Below are positions 10,368-19,263 of a stretch of 64,000 bases of DNA, piece after piece. The translations under genes were made by a program, and so were the position numbers. Source of the stretch: an uncultured Planctomycetia bacterium (lineage in GTDB: Bacteria; Omnitrophota; Gorgyraeia; S143-82); the NCBI GenBank assembly GCA_964469495.1, contig CAYXYY010000011.1:30845-94844 (forward strand), written 5' to 3'. A model generated the notes under the pieces. That model did no database searches. It was given only the letters and a program-made list of their open reading frames with translations, and was not told where the DNA came from. Position 1 is the first letter of the stretch; every line of letters begins with the position of its first letter.

Positions 10368-10918
10368 AAGAAGACAAGAGAGAGGATGAAGTTGTTATGA
10401 AAAAAGATAATGAATCTGTTTCTATATCTCGCGAGGAATATGAGGAATTGTTAAAGGCCCGTGATGAGAGAAAGGAGTGGCAGGAACTTGCCGCGCGCAT
10501 AAAAGCGGATTATGAAAATGCGCGTAAACGCCTTGAGAGAGAAAAGGAAGAGTTTATAAGATTTGCGCAATATAACGTGCTTAAGGATTTGCTTTCAGTG
10601 GTGGATGACTTTGAACGGGCGCGTTCCGCGGCAGTTGAAACGCAGGACATAGAGAGTCTGGTAAAAGGTTTGGATATGATTGGAAAGGATCTTCAATCTC
10701 TTTTAAAACGCTATGGCGTTGAAGAAATAGATGCTCATGGGAGAAAATTTGACCCGGAGTTGCACGAAGCCATGTTGCAGGAGGAGACTGAAGATGCTGA
10801 GCCGTTTACTGTTTTGGAAGTTCTTCAAAAGGGATATAAGATGCACGATAAGGTCTTAAGGCCGGTTCGTGTAAAGGTTAGTGTGGCAGCTTCTGAGGAA
10901 GAAGCAGGTGAAAAATAA
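10346..10918 (+). CDS. grpE: Nucleotide exchange factor GrpE
   Basis: ADYENARKR, FDPELHEA and QKGYKMHDKVLRP motifs. Confidence 0.96.
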   Translation: MQKNSPMKEDKREDEVVMKKDNESVSISREEYEELLKARDERKEWQELAARIKADYENARKRLEREKEEFIRFAQYNVLKDLLSVVDDFERARSAAVETQDIESLVKGLDMIGKDLQSLLKRYGVEEIDAHGRKFDPELHEAMLQEETEDAEPFTVLEVLQKGYKMHDKVLRPVRVKVSVAASEEEAGEK

Positions 10919-10952
10919 ACTTTGAGGATAATTTTTAAGGAGGTGTTGTGTT

Positions 10953-12827
10953 ATGGCAAAGGCAATAGGAATTGACTTAGGTACATCTAATTCTGCAGCA
11001 GCAATTATGGAAGGAGGACAACCCAAAATCATTCCTTCCGCAGAGGGGACAACTGTAGGTGGAGGGAAGGCTTTTCCTTCCTACGTGGCTTTTACCAAGG
11101 ATGGACAATTATTGGTTGGAGAGCCTGCAAGGCGTCAGGCGGCAATCAATCCGGAAGGGACTATAACTCGTGCAAAGAGGTATATGGGGACGGACCATAA
11201 ATTTAATATCTATGGCAAAGAATATACTCCTCAACAGATCTCTGCATTCATCTTGCAGAAAATCAAAAAGGACGCAGAGGCCTATCTTGGAGAACCTGTT
11301 ACAGAGGCGGTGATAACAGTTCCCGCTTATTTCAATGACAACCAAAGACAGGCCACTAAAGACGCGGGCGAGATAGCCGGCCTAAAGGTCCTAAGGATTA
11401 TAAACGAACCTACGGCTGCATGTCTTGCGTTTGGATTGGATAAACTTGACAAGAATTTAAAAATTCTCGTCTTTGATTTGGGCGGAGGCACGTTGGACGT
11501 TACTATAATGGAGATGTCCAATGGTGTTTTTGAGGTCCTTTCTACGAGTGGAGATACGCAGCTTGGCGGTACGGATATGGACATCGTTTTGGCAGATTAT
11601 ATTGTTGCCGAGTTTAAGAAAAAGGAAGGTGTTGATTTAAAGCAGGATAAGATGGCGTGGCAGAGGATTGTTGAGGCCGCAGAGAAGGCAAAGATAGAGC
11701 TCTCTTCAACGCTTGAAACAGATATCAATCTGCCGTTTATTACAGCAGACGCATCCGGGCCAAAGCACCTGACGATGACGATTAACAGGGCCAAATTAGA
11801 GGAATTGGTTTCTCCTATCGTTGATAGGTGTAAGGCCCCTATCGAGCGCGCTGTTAAGGATGCAGGCCTTGGGATAGACGGCATCGACAAGATTATCATG
11901 GTTGGCGGGCCTACACGTATGCCTATTGTGCAGAAGGTAGTCGAGGATTACGTCGGTAAAAAGATAGAACGCGGAATAGATCCTATGGAATGTGTTGCTA
12001 TGGGCGCGAGCATACAGGCAGCTGTTTTAAAAGGAGAGGTAAAAGACGTCTTGCTTTTGGATGTAACACCCCTATCTTTGGGTATAGAAACTATGGGAGG
12101 AGTTTTTACGAAGATAATAGAGCGCAATACCACTATACCTACTAAAAAGAGCCAGATATTTACTACCGCTGAGGATAATCAAAGCGCGGTAACCATTAGG
12201 GTTCTGCAGGGAGAAAGGCCTATGGCCAATGACAATGTGGAACTTGGCAGGTTTGATCTGGTTGGTATTCCGCCTGCTCCGCGGGGGGTCCCCAAGATAG
12301 AGGTTACGTTTGACATAGATTCCGATGGCATTGTTCATGTCTCTGCCAAAGACGTGGCAACAGGCAAGGAGCAGTCCATTAGGATTACTGCGCCGAATAA
12401 ACTCTCCAAGGAGGATATTGACCGTATGGTCAAGGAAGCTGATCAGTTTGCAGAGGCTGACAGAAAGCGCAAAGAGGAAGTTGAGTTAAAAAATCAGGCT
12501 GATCAGCTCGTTTATACTACAGAGAAGGCATTGAAAGATGTCGGAGATAAGATCAGTGCTGAAGAAAAGGCAAAGGTGGAAGGGCATCTGCTTGAACTCA
12601 AGAATGCCATAAAAGGCGGTTCCATAGATGAAATAAAACAAAAGATGGATACGCTTATGCAGGCCTCTCACAAGTTAGCTGAGGAGATGTATAAAAAGGC
12701 TCAAGCTGAGTCAGCCTCTTCTGATGCCTCCGCAGAGCCTCAAACCGGCGCAACTGCGGAAGAGACAGGCAGCAATGACTCTGAAAAGGGAGACGATGTG
12801 ATAGATGCTGAGTTTAAGGAAGAGTAA
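10953..12827 (+). CDS. dnaK: Chaperone DnaK (Hsp70)
   Basis: [26 protein letters not shown] and GIPPAPRG motifs. Confidence 0.98.
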   Translation: MAKAIGIDLGTSNSAAAIMEGGQPKIIPSAEGTTVGGGKAFPSYVAFTKDGQLLVGEPARRQAAINPEGTITRAKRYMGTDHKFNIYGKEYTPQQISAFILQKIKKDAEAYLGEPVTEAVITVPAYFNDNQRQATKDAGEIAGLKVLRIINEPTAACLAFGLDKLDKNLKILVFDLGGGTLDVTIMEMSNGVFEVLSTSGDTQLGGTDMDIVLADYIVAEFKKKEGVDLKQDKMAWQRIVEAAEKAKIELSSTLETDINLPFITADASGPKHLTMTINRAKLEELVSPIVDRCKAPIERAVKDAGLGIDGIDKIIMVGGPTRMPIVQKVVEDYVGKKIERGIDPMECVAMGASIQAAVLKGEVKDVLLLDVTPLSLGIETMGGVFTKIIERNTTIPTKKSQIFTTAEDNQSAVTIRVLQGERPMANDNVELGRFDLVGIPPAPRGVPKIEVTFDIDSDGIVHVSAKDVATGKEQSIRITAPNKLSKEDIDRMVKEADQFAEADRKRKEEVELKNQADQLVYTTEKALKDVGDKISAEEKAKVEGHLLELKNAIKGGSIDEIKQKMDTLMQASHKLAEEMYKKAQAESASSDASAEPQTGATAEETGSNDSEKGDDVIDAEFKEE

Positions 12828-12852
12828 TCTCTTTGCGGGCATTGCATAAATA

Positions 12853-12878
12853 GCAGGCGCAGTTTTCCCTGCGCCTGC
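12853..12878. other. Intergenic stem-loop between dnaK and dnaJ
   Basis: GCAGGCGCAG-ttttcc-CTGCGCCTGC, a perfect 10-bp stem with no U-tract. May stabilise dnaK mRNA or attenuate dnaJ. Confidence 0.6.
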
Positions 12879-12903
12879 ACAATTATATTAAGGAGTTTTG
12901 TGT

Positions 12904-14055
12904 ATGGCAGAAAACAAGGATTATTACAGAATATTGGGAGTAGACAGAAACGCAACGCCTGAGCAGATAAAGGCTGCTTACAGGAAACTGGCTATGCAAT
13001 TTCATCCGGATAGAAATCCGGAAGACAAAAAAGCCGCTGAAGAAAAGTTTAAGGAGATATCAGAGGCCTATGAGGTCTTGAGCGATGAGAAAAAACGCAA
13101 ATTATATGACCAGTATGGATATGAAGCAATGAAGCAGTCTTTTGGAGAGGGCGGATTTAACTGGTCTAATTTTTCACATTATCAGGATTTAGAGGATATA
13201 TTTGGGGATTTCGGATTAGACGATTTGTTGAGAGGATTTGGTTTCGGAGATGTATTTGGCGGTTATGGCCGTTCGTCTGGCCGTAGTAGAAGGGGAAGGG
13301 ATCAGGAGATAGAGGTAAGGATTTCTTTAAAAGAGGCCTATATGGGTGTTAATAAAACAATAACAATTAGACGTACGGAAACGTGTCCTGAATGCAATGG
13401 TTCAGGAAGCGCAAAAGGAAGCGCCCCTGTTGTCTGTCCGCAATGTAAGGGCAGAGGAGCTGTTGTGCAAAGGGCAGGCTTTTTTACTATGCAGACGACT
13501 TGTCCGCGTTGCGGCGGTAAGGGACAGGTTATTAATAATCCCTGTCCAAATTGTCGAGGGACAGGCAAGGTTATGGCAACGAAGAAGATTACAGTAAAGA
13601 TCCCGGCTGGCATAGAGGATGGCACTCATCTCAGGCTTGCAGGTGAAGGTGAGCAGGTTTCCGGCGGGCGGCACGGAGATCTCTATGTATTGGTAAGGGT
13701 GATGCCGGATAAAACCTTTGCGCGCAAAGGCAAAGATATATATACGAAGGCAAAGATATCTATGTATCAGGCAGCATTGGGCACAGAGATAGAGGTGCCT
13801 ACTCTTGCTGGCAAAGTGAATATGCGTGTGCCTGCGGGAGTACAGCCCGGGGCAAAATTGCGCTTAAAGGGAAAGGGTATGCCTGTTTTGCGAGGCAGTG
13901 GTTATGGCGATGAATTTGTTGAAATAATCGTACAAGTTCCGAAAGGCTTGTCTCAGAAGGAGCGTTCATTGCTTGAACAAATAGCGCAAATGAAAGGGGA
14001 GCCCTTTCTGACAGAAGAAGGCTTAAGCGACAAAATAAAGAGATTTTTCTCTTAA
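12904..14055 (+). CDS. dnaJ: Chaperone DnaJ (class A)
   Basis: HPD J-domain, G/F-rich region and four CxxCxGxG repeats. SD AGGAG precedes ATG 12904. Confidence 0.97.
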   Translation: MAENKDYYRILGVDRNATPEQIKAAYRKLAMQFHPDRNPEDKKAAEEKFKEISEAYEVLSDEKKRKLYDQYGYEAMKQSFGEGGFNWSNFSHYQDLEDIFGDFGLDDLLRGFGFGDVFGGYGRSSGRSRRGRDQEIEVRISLKEAYMGVNKTITIRRTETCPECNGSGSAKGSAPVVCPQCKGRGAVVQRAGFFTMQTTCPRCGGKGQVINNPCPNCRGTGKVMATKKITVKIPAGIEDGTHLRLAGEGEQVSGGRHGDLYVLVRVMPDKTFARKGKDIYTKAKISMYQAALGTEIEVPTLAGKVNMRVPAGVQPGAKLRLKGKGMPVLRGSGYGDEFVEIIVQVPKGLSQKERSLLEQIAQMKGEPFLTEEGLSDKIKRFFS

Positions 14056-14066
14056 CGTAATATGAT

Positions 14067-15251
14067 ATGGCTGTTTTTTCATTCTTAACATGGAAATTCT
14101 TTACAAAGGGCCAAAAGGGATTCCTTTCCTTTATGTCTAGTATTTCTATTATAGGTGTTGCTATCGGTGTTGCTTCTCTTATTATCGTTGTCTCTGTTAT
14201 GGCGGGATTTAGCAAGGAATTAGAGCGCAAGATCTTATCAGGCAATCCGCACATAATCATAGAAACAGGCGACGTAATAGAAAATTATTCAAAACTAGTT
14301 AAAGAAATAAGAACAAAGGCGTATGTCAAAAGAGTTGCTCCAATGGTTAGTAGTCAGGTCTTTTTACAAAACGGAAATACCATATTAACCGTTTTGATGC
14401 GAGGGATTCCCAATGATAAGAACGCTATCATGGATTTTGCCTCTTTTGTAAGAACAGGAGAATTTGATTTATCAGGCAACGGGGCATTGATAGGCGAACA
14501 AATGCTTAAAGATTACGGATATGCTATTGGGGATAAAATAACCCTTCTATCTCCGATAACCAGTGAGCCGTACACATTTGAAGTAAGAGGAATTTTTAAG
14601 ACAGGCCTGTATGATTACGATGCATCTGTTGTCATCGTGGACATAAACAAGGCTTCTGAAATGTTAATTATGCCAAATAGTGCAAATATGATCGCCGTTG
14701 ACTTGACAAATCCGCACAAAGCAGAGGATGCAAAGTCAGAGCTCTTAAAGACGCTCTCGAAAGAATATCCTTTCCTGCACATTCGTACGTGGATAGAGAC
14801 TAATAAAAACCTGTTTGCCGCGTTGAAATTGGAACGATTAGTTATGTTTTTGATATTGACCCTGATAGTTATTGTCGCCTCTTTCAACATAGCCAGTTCT
14901 TTGATGGTCTTGGTTACTGAAAAAACAAGGGAAATAGGGATATTAAAGGCTTTAGGCGTGAAAGACAGGACAATATATGTGGTTTTCTTGTCAGTTGGCC
15001 TGTTAATCGGAGTTATAGGCGCCTTTATAGGCAGTGTTTTTGCGGTTATCGCTTGTGTTCTGATGGATAAATACAAATTGGTGAGCCTGCCTCCACAGAT
15101 ATATTATATAGACCACCTTCCTGTATATCTTTCATGGCATACCGTTATTATAGTATTTGGCGTCGCTGTTTTGATAAATTTGGTATCAGCCCTTTATCCT
15201 GCAAGAAGGGCAAGCCGGCTTTCGGCAATAGAGGCTATTCGTTATGAATGA
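14067..15251 (+). CDS. lolE: Lipoprotein-releasing ABC transporter permease LolC/E
   Basis: GVAIGVASLIIVVSVMAGF, KTREIGILKALG, YYIDHLP and LYPARRAS motifs. Confidence 0.88.
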   Translation: MAVFSFLTWKFFTKGQKGFLSFMSSISIIGVAIGVASLIIVVSVMAGFSKELERKILSGNPHIIIETGDVIENYSKLVKEIRTKAYVKRVAPMVSSQVFLQNGNTILTVLMRGIPNDKNAIMDFASFVRTGEFDLSGNGALIGEQMLKDYGYAIGDKITLLSPITSEPYTFEVRGIFKTGLYDYDASVVIVDINKASEMLIMPNSANMIAVDLTNPHKAEDAKSELLKTLSKEYPFLHIRTWIETNKNLFAALKLERLVMFLILTLIVIVASFNIASSLMVLVTEKTREIGILKALGVKDRTIYVVFLSVGLLIGVIGAFIGSVFAVIACVLMDKYKLVSLPPQIYYIDHLPVYLSWHTVIIVFGVAVLINLVSALYPARRASRLSAIEAIRYE

Positions 15252-15332
15252 TTTTCAGACTCTATAATCATCCTGTTTTTGACATAGCAATAGAACAAGA
15301 ATAGATCCCCACCTCTTTCTCTTTTGAGGCCG

Positions 15333-15355
15333 AACCATGTCTGTTCCGTTTCCCA
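15333..15355 (-). repeat. Dispersed 23-bp intergenic repeat, copy 1
   Basis: AACCATGTCTGTTCCGTTTCCCA is the exact reverse complement of 57936-57958. Confidence 0.8.
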
Positions 15356-15373
15356 AAGGGCATGCGATCCCTA

Positions 15374-15403
15374 TTGACAAGGGACTATTGTTTATTATAA
15401 AAT
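15374..15403 (+). promoter_or_regulatory. Sigma70-type promoter of tRNA-Glu
   Basis: TTGACA (15374-15379), then TATAAA/TAAAAT 16-18 nt downstream. Confidence 0.65.
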
Positions 15404-15419
15404 ACACACATAGATGTTT

Positions 15420-15494
15420 GGCCCCATCGTCTAGTTCGGCCTAGGACGCATGGTTCTCAGCCATGAAACAGGGGTTCGAATCCCCTTGGGGCTA
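15420..15494 (+). tRNA. tRNA-Glu (anticodon CTC), CCA not encoded
   Basis: Acceptor stem GGCCCCA/TGGGGCT; anticodon arm CATGG-TTCTCAG-CCATG; T-arm AGGGG-TTCGAAT-CCCCT. Confidence 0.96.
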
Positions 15495-15524
15495 TTTTGA
15501 CGTGGATAAAAAAGGGGGGTGTCA

Positions 15525-16496
15525 ATGTTACGTAAGTCTTTTGTATTGTTTGTGGTTGTGTCTCTGTTTGTAGCAGGTGGTTGTAATCTGTTTTCCAAAC
15601 CGAATGACTATTCTGTTCAAGAACCCGTTAATGATGTTGAGGCAGTGGAGCCTAGTGAGCCTCAGGTTGAAGTGAGCAATATACCAGAGACGGATATTAT
15701 TGCCAAGGTGGGAAATTTCGTTATCACCAAGCAGGATTTAGCGGATTCGATAGACGTGTTAGAACAGCAATTGGGACAGAAGATAGAAAGGGATAAGATT
15801 ACGCGTCAGCAAAAGGAGATGTTGGCAGATCTGCTCGTTAGACAAAAATTGTTATATCTTGCGGCTAAAAACGAGGGGTTGGCATCTGACCCTAAAGTGA
15901 AAAGGGCGTTGCAGTTGGCAAAGGAACAGGTTTTGTCCCAAGCGCTTTTAAGTAGATATGCAGAGAGGATAAATCCTACGGATGCCGAGTTGCAGAGTTT
16001 TTATGAAGACGGGACATATCAGGGATATAAAGTAAAGGACTATTTTACTGAACAGGAAAAGAGGAGAATACAGGAAATCGCCCTTGATAGTGAGGCGGAG
16101 GCAAAACAGGTATTGGTGGATATTATGCAGGGCAATATAACATTCCGCTCAGCTGCCAGAAAGTATTCTATATTAAAATCCGCTGATAAAGGTGGAGATA
16201 TTGGTTATAAATCTGCGCAAGAGCTTTATCAGGATGGAAAACCAGATAAATACGTAAATATGGCGTTTATGATGTTGGATAAGGGGGATGTCAGCACAGT
16301 ATTTAAGGCGGATGGGAAATATTATATAATCAAAGTGGCGGGTGTGCGGCCAAAGCAGGAAAAACCGTTTTCCGAGGTCAATGACCAAGTGGAGTCATTG
16401 TATAAGATGAAAAAGCTTCAGGAGATGCAGAATGCAGCTATTGAGAGTGTAAAGAATTCAGGGATTGAAGTAAAAAAATCATATGAGAATCTATAA
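15525..16496 (+). CDS. PpiC/PrsA-type parvulin peptidyl-prolyl isomerase lipoprotein
   Basis: Lipobox VAGGC; SurA-like N-domain; FRSAARKYS…SADKGGDIG rotamase motif. Confidence 0.85.
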   Translation: MLRKSFVLFVVVSLFVAGGCNLFSKPNDYSVQEPVNDVEAVEPSEPQVEVSNIPETDIIAKVGNFVITKQDLADSIDVLEQQLGQKIERDKITRQQKEMLADLLVRQKLLYLAAKNEGLASDPKVKRALQLAKEQVLSQALLSRYAERINPTDAELQSFYEDGTYQGYKVKDYFTEQEKRRIQEIALDSEAEAKQVLVDIMQGNITFRSAARKYSILKSADKGGDIGYKSAQELYQDGKPDKYVNMAFMMLDKGDVSTVFKADGKYYIIKVAGVRPKQEKPFSEVNDQVESLYKMKKLQEMQNAAIESVKNSGIEVKKSYENL

Positions 16497-16516
16497 GAGT
16501 TTATAGAAAGGAGATT

Positions 16517-17695
16517 ATGTTTAAAGATTGGCCATTACTTATCGCCATTGCATTGGCGTTCATCGCAACCTTTTCTATTTATCAGTATATGAAGACACAA
16601 CAGGAGAAAATGCAGTACCAAATAAAAGCGGCTATAGAAAAAGAAAGACAAAAATTAGAGAATGAATATAAAAAAAATATGGCCCATGTGAAAGGGCAGA
16701 GAGGTAGAGGCATAAATGTGGTTGTCGCTAAAAAAGATATTCCAGCCGGAGATGTAATTACGTCTGAAATGGTAGAATTAAGGAAAGTTCCATCATCAGT
16801 CAAAGCGCCTATGAGCGCAGGGACGTTAGATGCGGTTATAGGAAAGATGGCAAAACAGGATATCTTGGTAGGGGAACAGGTAATGCTTAACAGGGTTATT
16901 TCTCTAAAGGCTCAAAAGGGCGCTATTATCAATCCCGGGACTAGGCTTGTCACTATACAGGTGGAACAATTGGACTTGTTTAGGTTTTTAAGGCCGGGAG
17001 ACCACGTTGATATTGCCTTGATGTTCCAATTGCCGCAGTCGCAAGCGGTAACAACAGGCCTTTTCCCAGATGTCGAAATAAAGGCCATTAATGGCAGAAT
17101 CTCGTATTCTTCGCTGTTTCGAACATCTGCGCCTGCGCAGGACAAATCCAATAGAACAATTAAAAAGAGGGTCGATAATAATGCTAAAAAAACAGGGATT
17201 AGTATAGATCCTAACAAAGGGACATTGTCTTTCTCTCTGCCGCCTAAAGAGGCAGCGATTCTCTTGATGGCATCAAAACTGGGCAAGATAGAGATATATC
17301 CAAGATCTAGTCTTGATCCGGACAAGACAAAGATACCGCCGATTACTGCGGATGCTGTTTTGCAGTTCGCCCTGCCAAATATAATGGCAAAGGCCAAGAA
17401 TAATGCTGCTGTGGCGGGCCAAAAAAAGGAACAAAAGGTTGAAAAAGAACCGGAGCATGAAGCGCCAATAACCACAAGAAAGGTCAAAATAAGAAAAGGG
17501 TCTGCGGTTCAGTGGGTAGAGATTGGCGAAGAAGGTATTATCCAGGATGAGGATAAACCAAAAAAAGAGATTTCCGGGAATGTTGATAAGCAAGGGAGAG
17601 ATGGGAAGGATGCAAAGGATATAGATGAACAGAAAACGGTTGTTGATAATAGTGAGGAGGACTTACAGAAAGAAGGTGTTGTGAATGAGGTATAA
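16517..17695 (+). CDS. cpaB: Flp/Tad pilus assembly protein CpaB/RcpC
   Basis: N-terminal TM, SAF domain (VVVAKKDIPAGDVIT) and FLRPGDHVDI motif; long charged tail. Confidence 0.88.
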   Translation: MFKDWPLLIAIALAFIATFSIYQYMKTQQEKMQYQIKAAIEKERQKLENEYKKNMAHVKGQRGRGINVVVAKKDIPAGDVITSEMVELRKVPSSVKAPMSAGTLDAVIGKMAKQDILVGEQVMLNRVISLKAQKGAIINPGTRLVTIQVEQLDLFRFLRPGDHVDIALMFQLPQSQAVTTGLFPDVEIKAINGRISYSSLFRTSAPAQDKSNRTIKKRVDNNAKKTGISIDPNKGTLSFSLPPKEAAILLMASKLGKIEIYPRSSLDPDKTKIPPITADAVLQFALPNIMAKAKNNAAVAGQKKEQKVEKEPEHEAPITTRKVKIRKGSAVQWVEIGEEGIIQDEDKPKKEISGNVDKQGRDGKDAKDIDEQKTVVDNSEEDLQKEGVVNEV

Positions 17696-19244
17696 TCTGT
17701 TATTTTCCGCTTTTATATTTTTAGTGTGTTTTTCTTCTCTTTCTTCTGATGCAGAGACAAATGTATATTTAAAGGCAGGCGATACAAAGGTTTTGCCGTG
17801 TCCTTCATGTCAAGAGGTCTCTATAGATAATCCTAATATCGCAGATGTTACGACTGATGGGGATTCTGTTATTGTTAGCGCTGTCAGCCCGGGTATTACT
17901 GCATTGGAATACGTCTCTGGGAGCGGGAAAAAGGATTATAAAGTAGTTGTTTGGGAAGATAACGTTCCATTTGTGGCAAATCAGGTGAGGTCTTTGCTTA
18001 AGGTTCTAAATTTATCGAATAACATTTCCGTAGGCGAAGATAAGCTGGCAGGCAAGGTTTATCTCTTGGGAGAGATATCAGGTGAAGAAAAACAAAAGGC
18101 TTTGGATAATGTGCTTCAGGCCTGTCCTTCGCCTGTAATAGTCAATCTGGTAAAAGTTAAAGACCAGCATGAGGTTATTGAAGTAAAGGTCAATGTTGCA
18201 GAGATAAGCAAGTCCGATCTGGATCAATTGGGGATAGCTTGGCCATCTTCTATATCTCTTATAGCAAGTGAAGATGTTCCCTCTGAATCAGGCGAAGAGT
18301 CCAATGGAAAGTCATTGGGCGATGCCCTTAAATTCAATAAATGGACGCGCAATGATGCTACGTGGATGCTGTCGATGTTAGAACAACAAAGCAAGGGCAA
18401 GATTTTGGCCAGTCCATCGATATTGGCAACCAGCGGCAAAGAAGCCTCTATTTTGGTTGGAGGAGAGATCCCGATTTTGATGTATGACGATGATGAACCC
18501 AAAGTCGAGTTCAGGCCATACGGCATTATTCTAAACATATTGCCGTCTATTATAGAAGGGAATAAGATAGATGTTAATTTGGAATGCGAGGTCAGTGAAA
18601 TAGACTGGACCAATTCTGTCAATGTTACATTGGCCGGAGACGACGATGACCAAAGGTTTAATGTGCCGGCCTTTACAAAGCGGAACGCCAAAACAGAGGT
18701 GATTTTAAACAACGGAGAAAGTATTATAATGGGGGGATTGTTAAAGAACACTGATACAAAAATAACATCAGGAGTGCCTGGTTTGAGTAAACTCCCTGTT
18801 TTGGGCGCTTTATTTTCCTCTAAAGATTTTCAGAAGGGTAAGACAGAGCTTATTATTACACTAACGCCCAAGATCAAGAAAGGCAATGATTCTACTCCAG
18901 CAGAAAATCTAAATCAATTGGGAGGCCTGCAAAATATAACTCTGAATAGTGATAAATCGCCGCTGCAAAGATATAAAGAGATGCTATTGAATACGATTAC
19001 CAAATCCTTTTATTACCCGGATTACGTGAAAGACAAGAAGTTGTCGGGTACTGTTTTATTAACATTACATATTGCAAGATCGGGCAGGGTGTTGGGTGTT
19101 AGAGTCAAATCGTCTTCAGGCAGCAAGGTTCTTGACAGGCTTGCAATTATGTTAATTCGAGATATTGGTTTATTTCCTCCATTTCCCGGGGATCTAAACC
19201 TAGAGGATTTGTGGATAGATATTCCTATTATATATCAGGCATGA
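17685..19244 (+). CDS. cpaC: Tad secretin CpaC/RcpA with a C-terminal TonB_C-like domain
   Basis: Secretin motifs SGKEASILVGGEIP, GESIIMGGL, VPGLSKLPVLGALF and ELIITLTP. Last ~90 aa (YYP…GTVLLTLHIARSGRV…SSSGSKVLDRLA…FPPFP…IPIIY) match the TonB C-terminus. Confidence 0.85.
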   Translation: MRYNLLFSAFIFLVCFSSLSSDAETNVYLKAGDTKVLPCPSCQEVSIDNPNIADVTTDGDSVIVSAVSPGITALEYVSGSGKKDYKVVVWEDNVPFVANQVRSLLKVLNLSNNISVGEDKLAGKVYLLGEISGEEKQKALDNVLQACPSPVIVNLVKVKDQHEVIEVKVNVAEISKSDLDQLGIAWPSSISLIASEDVPSESGEESNGKSLGDALKFNKWTRNDATWMLSMLEQQSKGKILASPSILATSGKEASILVGGEIPILMYDDDEPKVEFRPYGIILNILPSIIEGNKIDVNLECEVSEIDWTNSVNVTLAGDDDDQRFNVPAFTKRNAKTEVILNNGESIIMGGLLKNTDTKITSGVPGLSKLPVLGALFSSKDFQKGKTELIITLTPKIKKGNDSTPAENLNQLGGLQNITLNSDKSPLQRYKEMLLNTITKSFYYPDYVKDKKLSGTVLLTLHIARSGRVLGVRVKSSSGSKVLDRLAIMLIRDIGLFPPFPGDLNLEDLWIDIPIIYQA

Positions 19245-19263
19245 GCTTATTTAGGGGCGCATA

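Noticed and set aside
6641-14260. Many antisense ORFs over clpB, dnaK and dnaJ
   Set aside because: Shadow frames of conserved genes with no independent motifs.
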